Positions 35,120-45,485 of a stretch of DNA of 56,913 nucleotides are shown one piece after another. Origin of the DNA: Raillietiella orientalis (Eukaryota); the NCBI GenBank assembly GCA_036172245.1, contig JAYWIR010000011.1, positions 4,588,001 through 4,644,913 on the forward strand. Direction: 5' to 3'. The notes under the pieces were generated by a model. The model did not search any database, was not told the origin of the DNA, and saw only the letters and a list, made by a program, of their open reading frames with translations. The stretch's first letter is position 1. The number at the start of each line of letters is the position of its first letter. A program made the position numbers and the translations under genes.

Positions 35120-36014
35120 CGCCGAAACCTGGAGGGAGACGATTCAAGGGAAACTGGTCGCAGAACTCGCGGACTGAGCTCTTCAAGTCGTCCCAGTCCG
35201 CGAGCGACTGCAGATGGAAGCCTTGCAGGAACGAGCGAAGATGTTGCGCTGCTCCTGCGAGGCGCAACCAGTCCCCTGGCAAACGCCACGCTGTGGAAGG
35301 TGGACCTCTAGCGCGCGGGTGTATTTCTAGCACGAGCCATGGATGGTCGGAAAGTTCGGATGGCACTGCCTCTCGATTTCCCACCCGCGAACACAGGTGG
35401 TTGTCGAGGAACATGTGGTCGCTCCTCGTCTCCGTCCTGGCGTCACCGGCCAACAAGTTGCGCGCGTGCATGGCAGCGCACATCTCGTTGACCAGCTGTG
35501 CGCGAATGTCGGGCGCACCTGCCAGCAGGCGGACGTTAAAGTCCCCGGCAATGAGGTGCGCCTTTCGTATATCTGCTTCGGCCAGCCAATCTCGCCGCAG
35601 GCCTTCGAAGAACGCAGTGCGTTCCCCGCGCCTGTGGCTCGTGCCGGGCGCGTACACGTTGGTCACGACGAGGTCGATCGCGTAGGACCACTTGGCAACA
35701 AGCTGCCCGATTTGATTTTCCCCGTCGAAGTGCACGTCGCGCAGCGCATTAACGACGGCTGGCTTCAGCATGAAAGCAACACCGCTGGTGTGGTCTCTCC
35801 CGTTTTGGTATACGAGCCTCCCGCCTGCGATCCGTTCGATTTCCTGGGCCTTTCCTGCGTGGAGAACGTGCGTCTCCTGCAGAAGGGCCAGGTCGAAGTC
35901 TTGCAGGCTGTCGGCCACTTCTCTCCTCTTGCCGTCGTCCCGCAACCCGTTGACGTTCCAACAGATTACGCGCAGTCGCCGGCAGGAGGAGAGTCCACGC
36001 GTTGGTGGGTTCAT
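35120..36014 (-). pseudogene. ORF2 N-terminal AP endonuclease, frame intact but truncated by insertion
   Basis: CWNVNG, LQETH, NVYAP, AGDFN, SDH. Confidence 0.9.
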
Positions 36015-37262
36015 GGTGTTTGCTTACCGTCCTCCGCCTGCTGTTCAGGAGGCAGGAGTTGTGTATCCATTGCAACGGCCTTTTCCACGCAAGGAGGCGG
36101 TCCGTCGGAGGTTGTGGTGGTGGTTGGAGGATCCTGCTTGGCCAGGGACGTGTCCGGCGAGAAGTCGCGAGACCTCGCGGACATCGCCTCCCCGTCGTCG
36201 TGGTCCGACCGCATTTCCTCCTCCGCCGGTGGAGGTGCGGAGCGCCGCGGGTTGCCTACCTTGCGGCCCGCTTTGCGCTTCGGGAGAGCGACTGCCGGAG
36301 CGTTGCCGGCTTCGGCTTCGGACTCGGAAGTCTTCGGTCCTTTCGCCTCAACCGGACGCCTCAAGGCATTCTTCTGGGCCATGGGAGGCTGCTGGAGCAT
36401 GGCTGCCAACTCTCTGATCCCCTTTTGTGGGGTTCATCACTATGTTTGCCTTCCCTTCCTACTTTTGCGGAAGTTCCGGCGTTGGAGCGACGTTCATCGG
36501 GCACACCACTTTGGTGTGGCCCTTCGCGCCGCACGTTGGGAAAACTGCGTCCGGGCACCCCTTTTTCAAATGCCCGAACGACTTACAGTTTTCACAAAAT
36601 TTAGGTTTCCCCACAAACCAAATGTCGACGAACTCGTCGCCAATTTGGAGCTTGTGGGGAAGCTGTACGCTTTCTCGAAGCGTCAAGCGCGCGCCGTCTC
36701 GCCCAATGAATGCACCGTTCTCTCCGAAGGTGTTGGGCTTTCTCCACATCGCGAAAACGCTAGCGAATTTTTCGAGTTCAGCGCGGATGGCGTTTTCATC
36801 CATCCGCACTGTTGTCCCTGTTAGGTGGACCACAATGAAGTGGTCCACCGTGTGTGGGAGTAAATTCCTGCCATCAAAGTGTACGGGCGCGCAGAGCATC
36901 TTGTGGGTAAGAGCTGCATCCTTGCAGATGAGCTCCGCCAACTGCCCTCCGCTCCGTATAGAGAGGCAAAGAATTTCATGGTCGGCAATGCCCATTTTTT
37001 TGATGGCATTGCCGAACTTTCGCGCCCTTAACGGGGAATATAAATTGCCTACCTTGTACAGGAGGGCCGGATTGTAGCCCTCCTGGATGTAGGATTGGAT
37101 TTCGGCGGCGACATCGGGCGTTTCCGCCGCTGCCACCGCGCTCCAGGCCCTCGCCGTAGTGGCGGGTTCAGAAGAAGTGGTGGAGCGTGATCCTACCTCC
37201 TTTGGCTTGTTAGACGCGGTCTTCCCGCCTCCCTCACCTGAAACTGCGGCGTTCACAGGCAT
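36011..37262 (-). pseudogene. ORF1 of copy E, disrupted
   Basis: CENCKSFGHLKKGC; ORFs 36459-37262 and 36011-36409; ATGA overlap with ORF2. Confidence 0.85.
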
Positions 37263-37319
37263 TTCTGCCTGTCAACGGCCGCGAAACACACACGGAACAC
37301 CAGGAAAGAAAAACTCCCT

Positions 37320-37400
37320 ATCCACGAAGTGCAACGGGAGACCGAGGCGTTCCAGGAGCTCCAGCAAAAGATCCTGATTTACGCAGTCGAACGCCTTGCG
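37320..37400 (-). pseudogene. About 80-bp RT remnant (KAFDCVNQDLLLELLERLGLPLHF)
   Basis: Direct translation of the minus strand. Confidence 0.85.
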
Positions 37401-39172
37401 TGCTCCAGGGTGGAAGTGTTTTCTCGGTGCTCCTCGTGCCAGGAAGTCTCCCCCAGTGCAAGCGTCGTGTGGTTCGGTGGTCGATCAGGCAGCGATGCCT
37501 GACTCGACCACCAGGGATGCCAATGGGCAGCGGTAACGCCGCCCCCAGAGGCGATGCAGAGCCTGGGGGCGGCGGTAACGTCGCCCTCAGAGGCGATGGA
37601 GGTGGGGGCATCCTCCTCCACAGAATCGGTCCCCGCTGCATCGCGGGCGTGGAGCGCCGTTGTGTCGGCGCCATCGCCTGCAGCCGCGGCGGAATTGTCG
37701 GCTTATGTAGAAAAGGGGTACAACCCCTCATTGTTCTACAAGGTAGGCAATCTATATTCTTTAGAGAGCGCGCGCGCCTTATCGAAGGGCATGCGCGCTC
37801 TCGATGTGAAAGAGGAGGAGCTCAGCGCTATGACCATCCGAAGCGGGGGTCAGTACTTTGAGGTCATCTGCAAACAAGCAGAGCTGGCCCAACGACTGCT
37901 TAAAACCCCTGTGGTGATTAGGACGCGCAGGCTCCTCCCTATTACGGCGGACCGCAGCATAATGGTCCACCTGTTAGGTGTTACCGCGCGGATGCGCAAG
38001 GAACAGGTTCGGGCCGCGTTGGAGGAATACGGAACGGTCCACGCGCAGTGGACGAAAGTTAATCCTTTCGTGGATTACACGGGGCTGCAACACGGCGTCA
38101 CTGCTGCGCGCGTGACCGTTCGGGAGGGCTGCACTCTTCTCCACAAACTGGTGGTCGAAGGCGAAACCGTCGACCTCTGGTATGTGGGGAAGCCGAAATA
38201 CTGTGCATTCATCAATACGTCGGGCCACCTCAAAAAGAGGTGTCCCAATGTGCAGTGCCAAGTATGCGGAACCATGGGACACACGAGGGAGGTGTGCCCT
38301 AAAGAAGCAGTGTGGGTGGTTTCCAAGAGATTCCATAAAAAACCTGCCCGGCTTCTGCAGAAAAGGCTGGCGGAGAAAGCTGCGTAGAAAGCTGTGCCAG
38401 CCGCGCCCAAGACCGAGGCCGCACCCGAGACCTCGGCGAACAACGCCGAACAAGTCGAGGGAACTAGCCAGGAGCCTGGGTGGCAGGTGGCTACAGCCAA
38501 AAAATCAAAGAAGGAGAGAAGGATGGAGAAAAAGCTCGCGTACCGCCAGAAAAAACAGCAGGCAAGCGAGCAAATTATAGAATGCAGCGTTGTCGTCGAG
38601 CGTATTCCCGACCACTGCGAAAAAGAACTCGCCCCTACCGTCGACCACCTCTCTGTTGACTCTGTCAACAGCGAGGGGAGCGAGCCCGCGGCGGCGTCCG
38701 TCATCGACACTACCATCGATGACGTAGCCTTCGCGCAAGCCGCGGAGGAGCTGGCAGCCTCGTTGCAGCCAGAACCCTCCAAAACTGGCAAGAAGGCCGT
38801 AAGGCGTCCGGCCTCCCCTCAGGAGTCCCCCACTTCCGACCCCGAGGTGGAGGCCGGAAGAGCGGCCTCCGTTTCCACAGCACCGCGCAAGAAGGCTGGA
38901 CGTAAGTCCACAAAGCCAAGGAAGCTCGTCTCCCCCGTCGAAGGGGAAGAGATGGCTTAAGCAAGCGAGGGTGCCATGAGCGTGGGAAACTCTCGGGACC
39001 CGTCGCCCGAGAGACTCCCACGCGCGGACACGGAAAGGATCGAGGGGGTGGAGGCCGAACAGGTGCCTCAGGTGCCTGAGAAGGCCGAAACCCCCATGGA
39101 CATCCCGCCCGCCTCGCAAGAGGAGGGCTCCCCCACACCTTAATCTTCGCAGCAGTAATGCCGGGAATCCCC
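37401..39172 (+). mobile_element. Copy D0: 5'UTR, ORF1 and first codons of ORF2 (inferred family D 5' end)
   Basis: B-like ORF1 (37554-38387, 38394-38960, to TAATG 39156-39160); 5' end abuts a KAFD site in antisense. Confidence 0.8.
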
Positions 39173-39841
39173 AGCCGAAGTACGCCGCAATGTGAGACGC
39201 TACTACTTCTTGCTGTACGCGGAATCCCCGACGGAGGATATTCTCTCTGAGATACTCCTGTCTCAGGATGCTCGTGTTGTCGGCGAGGAGGAACGCGAAC
39301 GTCTCAACGAGCCCTTCACGGCGGACGAATTTTCGTCCGCCATCACTGGGCTGAAGAGACGAAGGGAGCCAGGCAAGGATGAGCTCCCTGCAGAGTTTTA
39401 TCAGTGCTTTGCAGTGGAGCTCATTCCCTTGATGCTAAGACTCGCGACGCTTATGAGTGAATCCGGGAATGTCCCGGATTCCTTCCGCTCAGCGAAGGTG
39501 CGTCTCCTGCCGAAAGGAGGAGACTTGCGCCAACTTAACAACTGACGTCCGATCACCTTGGTGAACTCGGACGTCAAGTTGTTTTCGAAGCTGTGGGTCG
39601 CGCGGTTAGGAAGTATCGCGGAATCTGTGGTGAGCCCGGAACAAACCTACGCGGTTCCGGGGCGATCCATGGAGGCGAACATCGTTTTCGCGCGTACATG
39701 GATGCAGCTGCAGGAAGTCGTTGCGCAGCAAAGCCAGGCTGCTGCGAAAGTCACAGCCGCAGGCAAGAATAACAGGCGCCGACGCAAGGAGGGAACGCCA
39801 GGTGCCTTGGCGGTCGCGGTCGATCTTCACAAGGCGTTCGA
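39169..39841 (+). pseudogene. Family C ORF2 fragment ending at KAFD
   Basis: Near-identical to about 17827-18499. Confidence 0.9.
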
Positions 39842-41331
39842 TTTTCACCCGGATTTCGCCGGAGCGTTTATTGCAACAATAAACATTTACAAAGACGTGC
39901 AGTGGCTGGACCATTGCTCAAGCCACGCACGAAGAAACACAGAGCCTGCCGGGTCACCGGTTCGCAGACCGGTACGGTCCACCACGGCAGCAGGGGGAAG
40001 GGGGAAAAACAAAAAACAAAACAAAAAAGAAAAGAAAAAACTGGGAGGGTAAGGGAAGGGATCACAGTTGCTGGTGGGGCCGTTGCATCCTTTGCAGGAT
40101 GCCGGCAAGCTCCTTCTGTATTCCTGGATCCAGGTGGAACCATCGGGACGCTCTCCTCAGGAACTGGGAGGCTGGCTGGATGGCACCCTGGTCGCGTTGT
40201 CCTCCCGTAGCCTTGCTCCAAGCGGTGACGATCCCGCGTAGGCAGCACAAAGCTGCTAACGAGGCCGCTGGCCGAAGGGCGTCGGAAACGAAGAGGGCTT
40301 TCAGTACGTCCCTCAGTTGCCTCAGGGGATTCCGATGGCCGCGGCAAAGCGGAACCAAAGGGGCCCAAGGGCAACACAATCCACTAGCAGGTGGGGGAGG
40401 GACTCCCGTTCCCCACACCTGACGCAATTGGGGTCCACCGCTCCCCAGGTCCAGTGGTGTCGGCGGGCGTTGCAGGGGAGTCCCCAGTGCTGCAACAGGA
40501 GAGCCGACTCCCGCCATTTTAAGGGGAGGGCGGAAGTGTTCATGAGCACCGAGGGTCACTTCAGATGTTCAATGGGAACATCGAGCAGCGCGCCTCAACG
40601 CAGAAGTCCATTGAGAGGCGTACTCGGGGACGCAGCGTCTGTTAACTGGCCCGTCTTCCACTCTCCTATCTTCTTCTCCTTTCCGGAGATTGTAACTGAA
40701 ACCTCCCACTTGGCCGCAACATCGCTGTCCAGATCTTCCATCAGGGAGGGCAGCGCAGCAGCGAGGGGAGTTCTTCCTGCCCATGCTCTCTTCTTTGGAT
40801 CCTCCAGGATCTCGCGGAGCGTGCAACTTCTGTAACCCCCAAACAGGAACCTTCGTTCCTGTTGAGAGCGTTGCATGCCGAACTTTCCCCACGTTCGAAC
40901 GGTTTCCTGCAACCAGGCACTACCGTTCAAAGGGCGACAGGTGACCAATCCTGGGTTTTTCCGGTACAACGCAGCCACCCTCCGTAGCTGGAGTCCGCAT
41001 CGGTTGAGGCGGCGACGGAGTGCAAGAAACGACGTCAGTCCCGTCTTGCCGGTGGCTTGCTGGAGAAGGAGACGTGCAGGGACGCACCAACACTTGCACC
41101 ACAACTCTGGAACGAGTGCCGACAATCGGAACTGGAGCTGAAGCTCCAGCCGCTCCAGCGTCAGGAGGCTCACACCACCGTCCCGACGAGGAGCGCACAA
41201 GTCCTTTAAGCGGACTCGGGCCCTCCCGTTGCCCCAAAGGGCGATACGGTGGAGGTCCTTTGTCCGCTTTTTAATTCTCTCTGTGGGGGGGCAAACAAAA
41301 AGCAGGGGCGGAGGAGAGGAGCCGCGAACGT
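39842..41331 (-). mobile_element. Copy D1 (family D), 3' 1.5 kb
   Basis: Reverse complement of about 52692-54180; terminus at 39842-39872. Confidence 0.9.
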
Positions 41332-41746
41332 TAGCAGGTTTCTGCTGCCTACGCGCGATCGTCACCGCCTGGAGCAAGGCTAACCAGGACGACGCGACCA
41401 GGGTAGCATCCAGCCAACCTCCCAGTTCCTGAGGAGAGCGTCGAGATGGCCCCACCTGGATCCAGCAATACAGAAGGAGCTTGCCGACATCCTGCAAAGG
41501 ATGCAACGGCCCCAACAGCTACAGTGATCCCTTCCCGCACCCTCCCACCTTTTCTTTTCTTTTTTTGTTTTGTTTTTTGTTTTTCTTCCTTCCCCCTGCT
41601 GCCGTGGTAGACCGTACCGGTCCGCGAACCGGTGACCCGGCAGGATCTGTGTTTCTTCGTGCGTGGCTGTAGCAATGGTCCAGCCACTGCACGTCTTTGC
41701 AAATGTTTATTGAACAATAAACGCCCCGGCGAAATCCGGGTGAAAA
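41329..41746 (+). mobile_element. Copy D2 (family D), 3' 0.4 kb, head-to-head with D1
   Basis: CCLRAIVTAW..ILQRMQRPQQL, 3'UTR, terminus at 41716-41746. Confidence 0.9.
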
Positions 41747-42385
41747 TCGAACGCCTTGTGGAGATCGACTGCGAGAGCTAGGGTCCCCTTCCCCGCCCGG
41801 GTGTCCCTTCCCTGCCCGGCTGGCGGCCCCAATGTGGGGTTGCCGATTTTCTTCCTTCCTTTCTTTTCCCATCTCTGCAGGTGCATCCATGTGCTTGCGA
41901 AGAAGAGGTTGGCATCCATACTTCGCCCGGGAACAGCATAAGTCTGCTCCGGGCTAATTACGGATTCTGCCACCTGCCCCAGACGCGAAGCCCATAGCCC
42001 TGCTAATAACTTGGCGTCCGTATTCACGATCGTGATCGGACGCCAGTTCTCTGAGGTCAGATCCCTGAGGTCTCCCCCTTTCGGAAGGAGCCTCACTCTG
42101 GCTGACCGACAAGAGGCGGGAACATCGCCTTCGTCTCGGATCAGCCTTATCAACTGGAGCAGCAGGGGTTCCAGATCTTAAGCCAAGCTCTGAAAGAACT
42201 CTGCAGGCAAGCCGTCTTCCCCTGGAGCTTTACGCCTCTTGAGCCTTTTGATACAGGCGAGAATTTCGCCGGTGGTAAAAGGCTCGTCGAGGCTTAACTT
42301 CTCCTCCTCCTTTATTGCCGAAGCACCAACCGGAAGCAAGCGCCGAGAGGCGTCTTGATGCGGGGGCGCCCTGGCGTAAAGGGAG
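41747..42385 (-). pseudogene. Copy H: family F RT fragment from SLYA to KAFD
   Basis: Highly similar to about 32395-33025. Confidence 0.9.
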
Positions 42386-42474
42386 CGTGCGGTCGTGTTT
42401 TTTCTGTGCTCCTGCCGTGAGAGTTTTCGAAGCCTTTTTTAGTGTGTTAGTGCGTGGTGCATCGCCGGTGTCCC

Positions 42475-44471
42475 ATGGCAGGAATGCCTGAGTTCACCGC
42501 GATGGAAGTTGGCGGGGGAGAGGATGGTTCCTCTCCCCAACCCACAGAGGTGGGGGCAACCGCTTCCACGGAGAAGAGGGCAACCGCCCCCTTGGAAAAG
42601 GGGGCAACCGCCCCTCCGGAAACGAGTGCTGCCGCCTCCTTGAAAAAGGGAGCAACCCCTCTCGTGCAAAAGGCCGCAACCGCCCCCTTGGAAAAGGGGG
42701 CAACCGCCCCTCCGGAAACGAGTGCTGCCGCCTCCTTGGAAAAGGGAGCAACCCCTCTCGTGCAAAAGGCCGCAACCGCCCCCTTGAAAAAGGGGGCAAC
42801 CGCGTCCTTGGATCCGTCTGCTCCATCCACGAAGACCTGGAGCTCCGTGGCTGCAGCGCCATCTCCTGCAGCCTTAGCAGAACTGCGGGCCTACCTGGAA
42901 CAAGGATACAAGCCGTCCTTGATTTACAAGGTAGGAAACCTGTTCGTTGGAAACAACGCCCGCAATTTCGAGAGGGAATTGCAGCTGTTAGAAGTAAAAG
43001 AGGAGGAACTGGAAGGCCTTTCAGTGCTCAGTGGGGGCCAGCGGGTGGAGCTTACTTTCAGAGATGCAAGCCTGGCTCAACGCCTGCTGAATACCCCTCT
43101 CATGCTGGAAGGCAGAAAGGTCTTCCCTGTAACCGAGGATCGCTCTGTGGTAGCGCATCTTACGGGAGTATTCCTCCGCATGTCAAAAGCCGGCGTGAAG
43201 AAGGAATTAAGCAAATACGGTACGGTACACGCGGTATGGACCAAGCCGAACATCTTCCAAAGTTACGGAAGACTGTTCAGTGGCATGGCCGCAGCGCGTG
43301 TGACCGTCAAGGAAAACAATGGGCTGCCCCACAAACTAGACGTCGGCAACGAGGTCGTCGACGTCTGGTACGTGGATAAGCCCAAGTACTGTGGACACTG
43401 TGATGCAACAGGGCACGTCAAAATACGATGCCCCACATCCAGTGTTTCCACTGCGGCGAAAAGGGCCACCTGCGGAAGGTGTGTCCTAAACGCGAAACCC
43501 CGGCTCCCCCTGCTTTGAAAAAAGCCAAAGGGAAACGCGCGGGGCCACCGGACAAGCCCAAGGAGGCACCCGAGAGGCGGAACCCACAGCCAGAACCCGA
43601 ACCCGTGCAGCAAGCGCCGGTCGAGGATACTCTTAACGACACTGGAGAGAGCGAGGGCTGGCATAAGGCGAAGCCTAAATGTAAAAAGAGCAAGAAGACC
43701 GAAGATCCGACAGCGGAACCCGCGACATCTCCTTTAAATAGGAGACAACGCCGCGCGTTGCTCCGCGAATGTTCGGTCGCTTTGGAGCGTGTGGAGGTCC
43801 CCGAGACCGCCACAGGGGGAGATATCCCTCGCCTCGTTGACGACGAAGTCGCGACCTCGGAAGGCGAACCCTCTGTGCAAACAGAGGGGGAGCCGAGCGA
43901 CGCACTCGCCGCAATCGACGACGACGCCTTCCAACAGGCGGCAGAAGAGCTCGCGGCCGAACTCGCGGAGCGTGAGAACGGCGCGCGAAAGGCCTTCTGA
44001 AGGCCGGCCGCAGGCAAGGCACCTCCGACAGGTGACCACGACCCGGATGACGGAAGTGCGTCCTCCTCCGCGGAGGCTCCTCCGAAGAAGACTGGACGGA
44101 AGTCCAAGAATCCCAAGAGGCGCATCCCGACAAAGAAGGAGGGGGACGCACCGGCATCCGAGGGGGAAGCCGGCAGCGTGGGAACGGAGGGAGGGATTTT
44201 CCCACCCTCCGCTACCGAGCAACCGGAGACCCCCATGGAGGAGGGGGATAAAGTGAGTGATTGCCGCCCCCTCCCAACGGTGGAACCTGTCCAAGAGATA
44301 GCCATGGAGGAGGCGGAGCAGACAGCTGACAACCGCTCCCCCCTGCCGTCCAACGCAGCCGACGAATCGGCCCCCATGGAGGAGGGAGAACCGGTGCGCG
44401 GTGATCCCGTTCCTCCATCCGTCCCGCCCGACCAGGTGGCGGGCGCCCCATTGCCACTTTCCCAGGAGTAA
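42475..44471 (+). pseudogene. ORF1 of copy G, disrupted
   Basis: CGHCDATGHVKIRC, CFHCGEKGHLRKVC; ORFs 42454-43518, 43428-44000, 44178-44471. Confidence 0.85.
42556..42811 (+). repeat. Higher-order coding repeat: 96-bp unit made of 24-bp subunits
   Basis: gcaaccgccccctt at 42580, 42676, 42772; ATAPLEKG ATAPPETS AAASLKKG ATPLVQKA. Confidence 0.9.
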
Positions 44472-45270
44472 CACCTGGGCTCGCCTGTCGCCGTCGATTA
44501 CGCGTGGCCTGCTGGAACGTGAACGGGCTGCGCGACGACAGCAACAGACGGGACACGGCCGCCACCCTGCGTGACTTCGATCTGGCACTCCTGCAGGAGA
44601 TCCACGTGATCACCGCGGAGAACGCCCAGGAGATCGAAAGGATCGCAGGGGGACGGCTGATGTGGCAATGCGGCACCCGATACACCTGCGGCGTCGCGTT
44701 TTTTATGAAGCCGGCAGTCGACGCAGCCGTGAAGGGCGTGCGCTTCGACGAAGCCGGTCGTGTCGGCCAGCTGATTCTCAGGTGGTCCGACGCTATTGAC
44801 CTCGTCGTAACCAACGTGTACGCCCCGAGCGGTCCTGCCAGGTACCAGGAACGTGCGGCGTTTCTGGAAACCCTGAAGCGCGACTGGCTGGTGGAAGCGA
44901 ACGTGCGCAGGGCTTACCTGATTGCTGGCGATTTCAACCTGAGCCTGCTCTCAGATGATGTTCACGCACAGGAGCGGACGGCCAACGAGTTGTGCGTTGC
45001 CATGCGCACGCGCAACTTGTTGGGGGATCTCCCGGGAATGGCCAAAGGCTTCGACCATTTTTTCCTGGATGCTGACCTGTGTCCACGGGTCGGCAATCGG
45101 GGGAGAGTTGCGTCGACGCTGTCGGACCATTCCCGGCTAATTATCGAGGTATGCGCGCGCGACAAGGGTCCCCTTTCCAGGGCCTGGCGGCTGCCTGGAG
45201 ACTGGACGCGACTCTCAGGTGCGAAAGAACACCGCCAATTCCTGAGAGGCGTCACCCTCCGGAATCTCGC
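44471..45270 (+). pseudogene. ORF2 AP endonuclease domain of G, truncated by B3
   Basis: CWNVNG, LQEIH, NVYAP, AGDFN, SDH in one open frame. Confidence 0.9.
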
Positions 45271-45485
45271 TTGAAACCCGGGTGCGCCGGGACGTTTATT
45301 CTCAAGAATAAACCTATACAATCTGTGACTGGACCAGTAGTCCAGCCACGCCCTGGAAAGATATAGCCTGCCGGGCTACCGGTGCGCAGACCGGCGCAGT
45401 CGACCTCGGCAGCAGAGGGGAGGGGGAACGAAACAAAAAGAAAACAAAAAAAATAAACAAAAACCGAAGAGGGAGCGGGAAGGGA

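Larger units (their letters stand above)
35120..37319 (-). mobile_element. Copy E, 5' half: 5'UTR, ORF1 and APE domain
   Basis: ORF1 at 36011-37262; ORF2 from ATG 36014 cut at RLPPGFG. Confidence 0.9.
42385..45270 (+). mobile_element. Copy G (family F-like), 5'UTR, ORF1 and APE domain
   Basis: 5' gcgtgcggtcgtgtttttt; ORF1 with knuckles; APE ORF 44504-45274 ends at GVTLRNLA. Confidence 0.9.
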
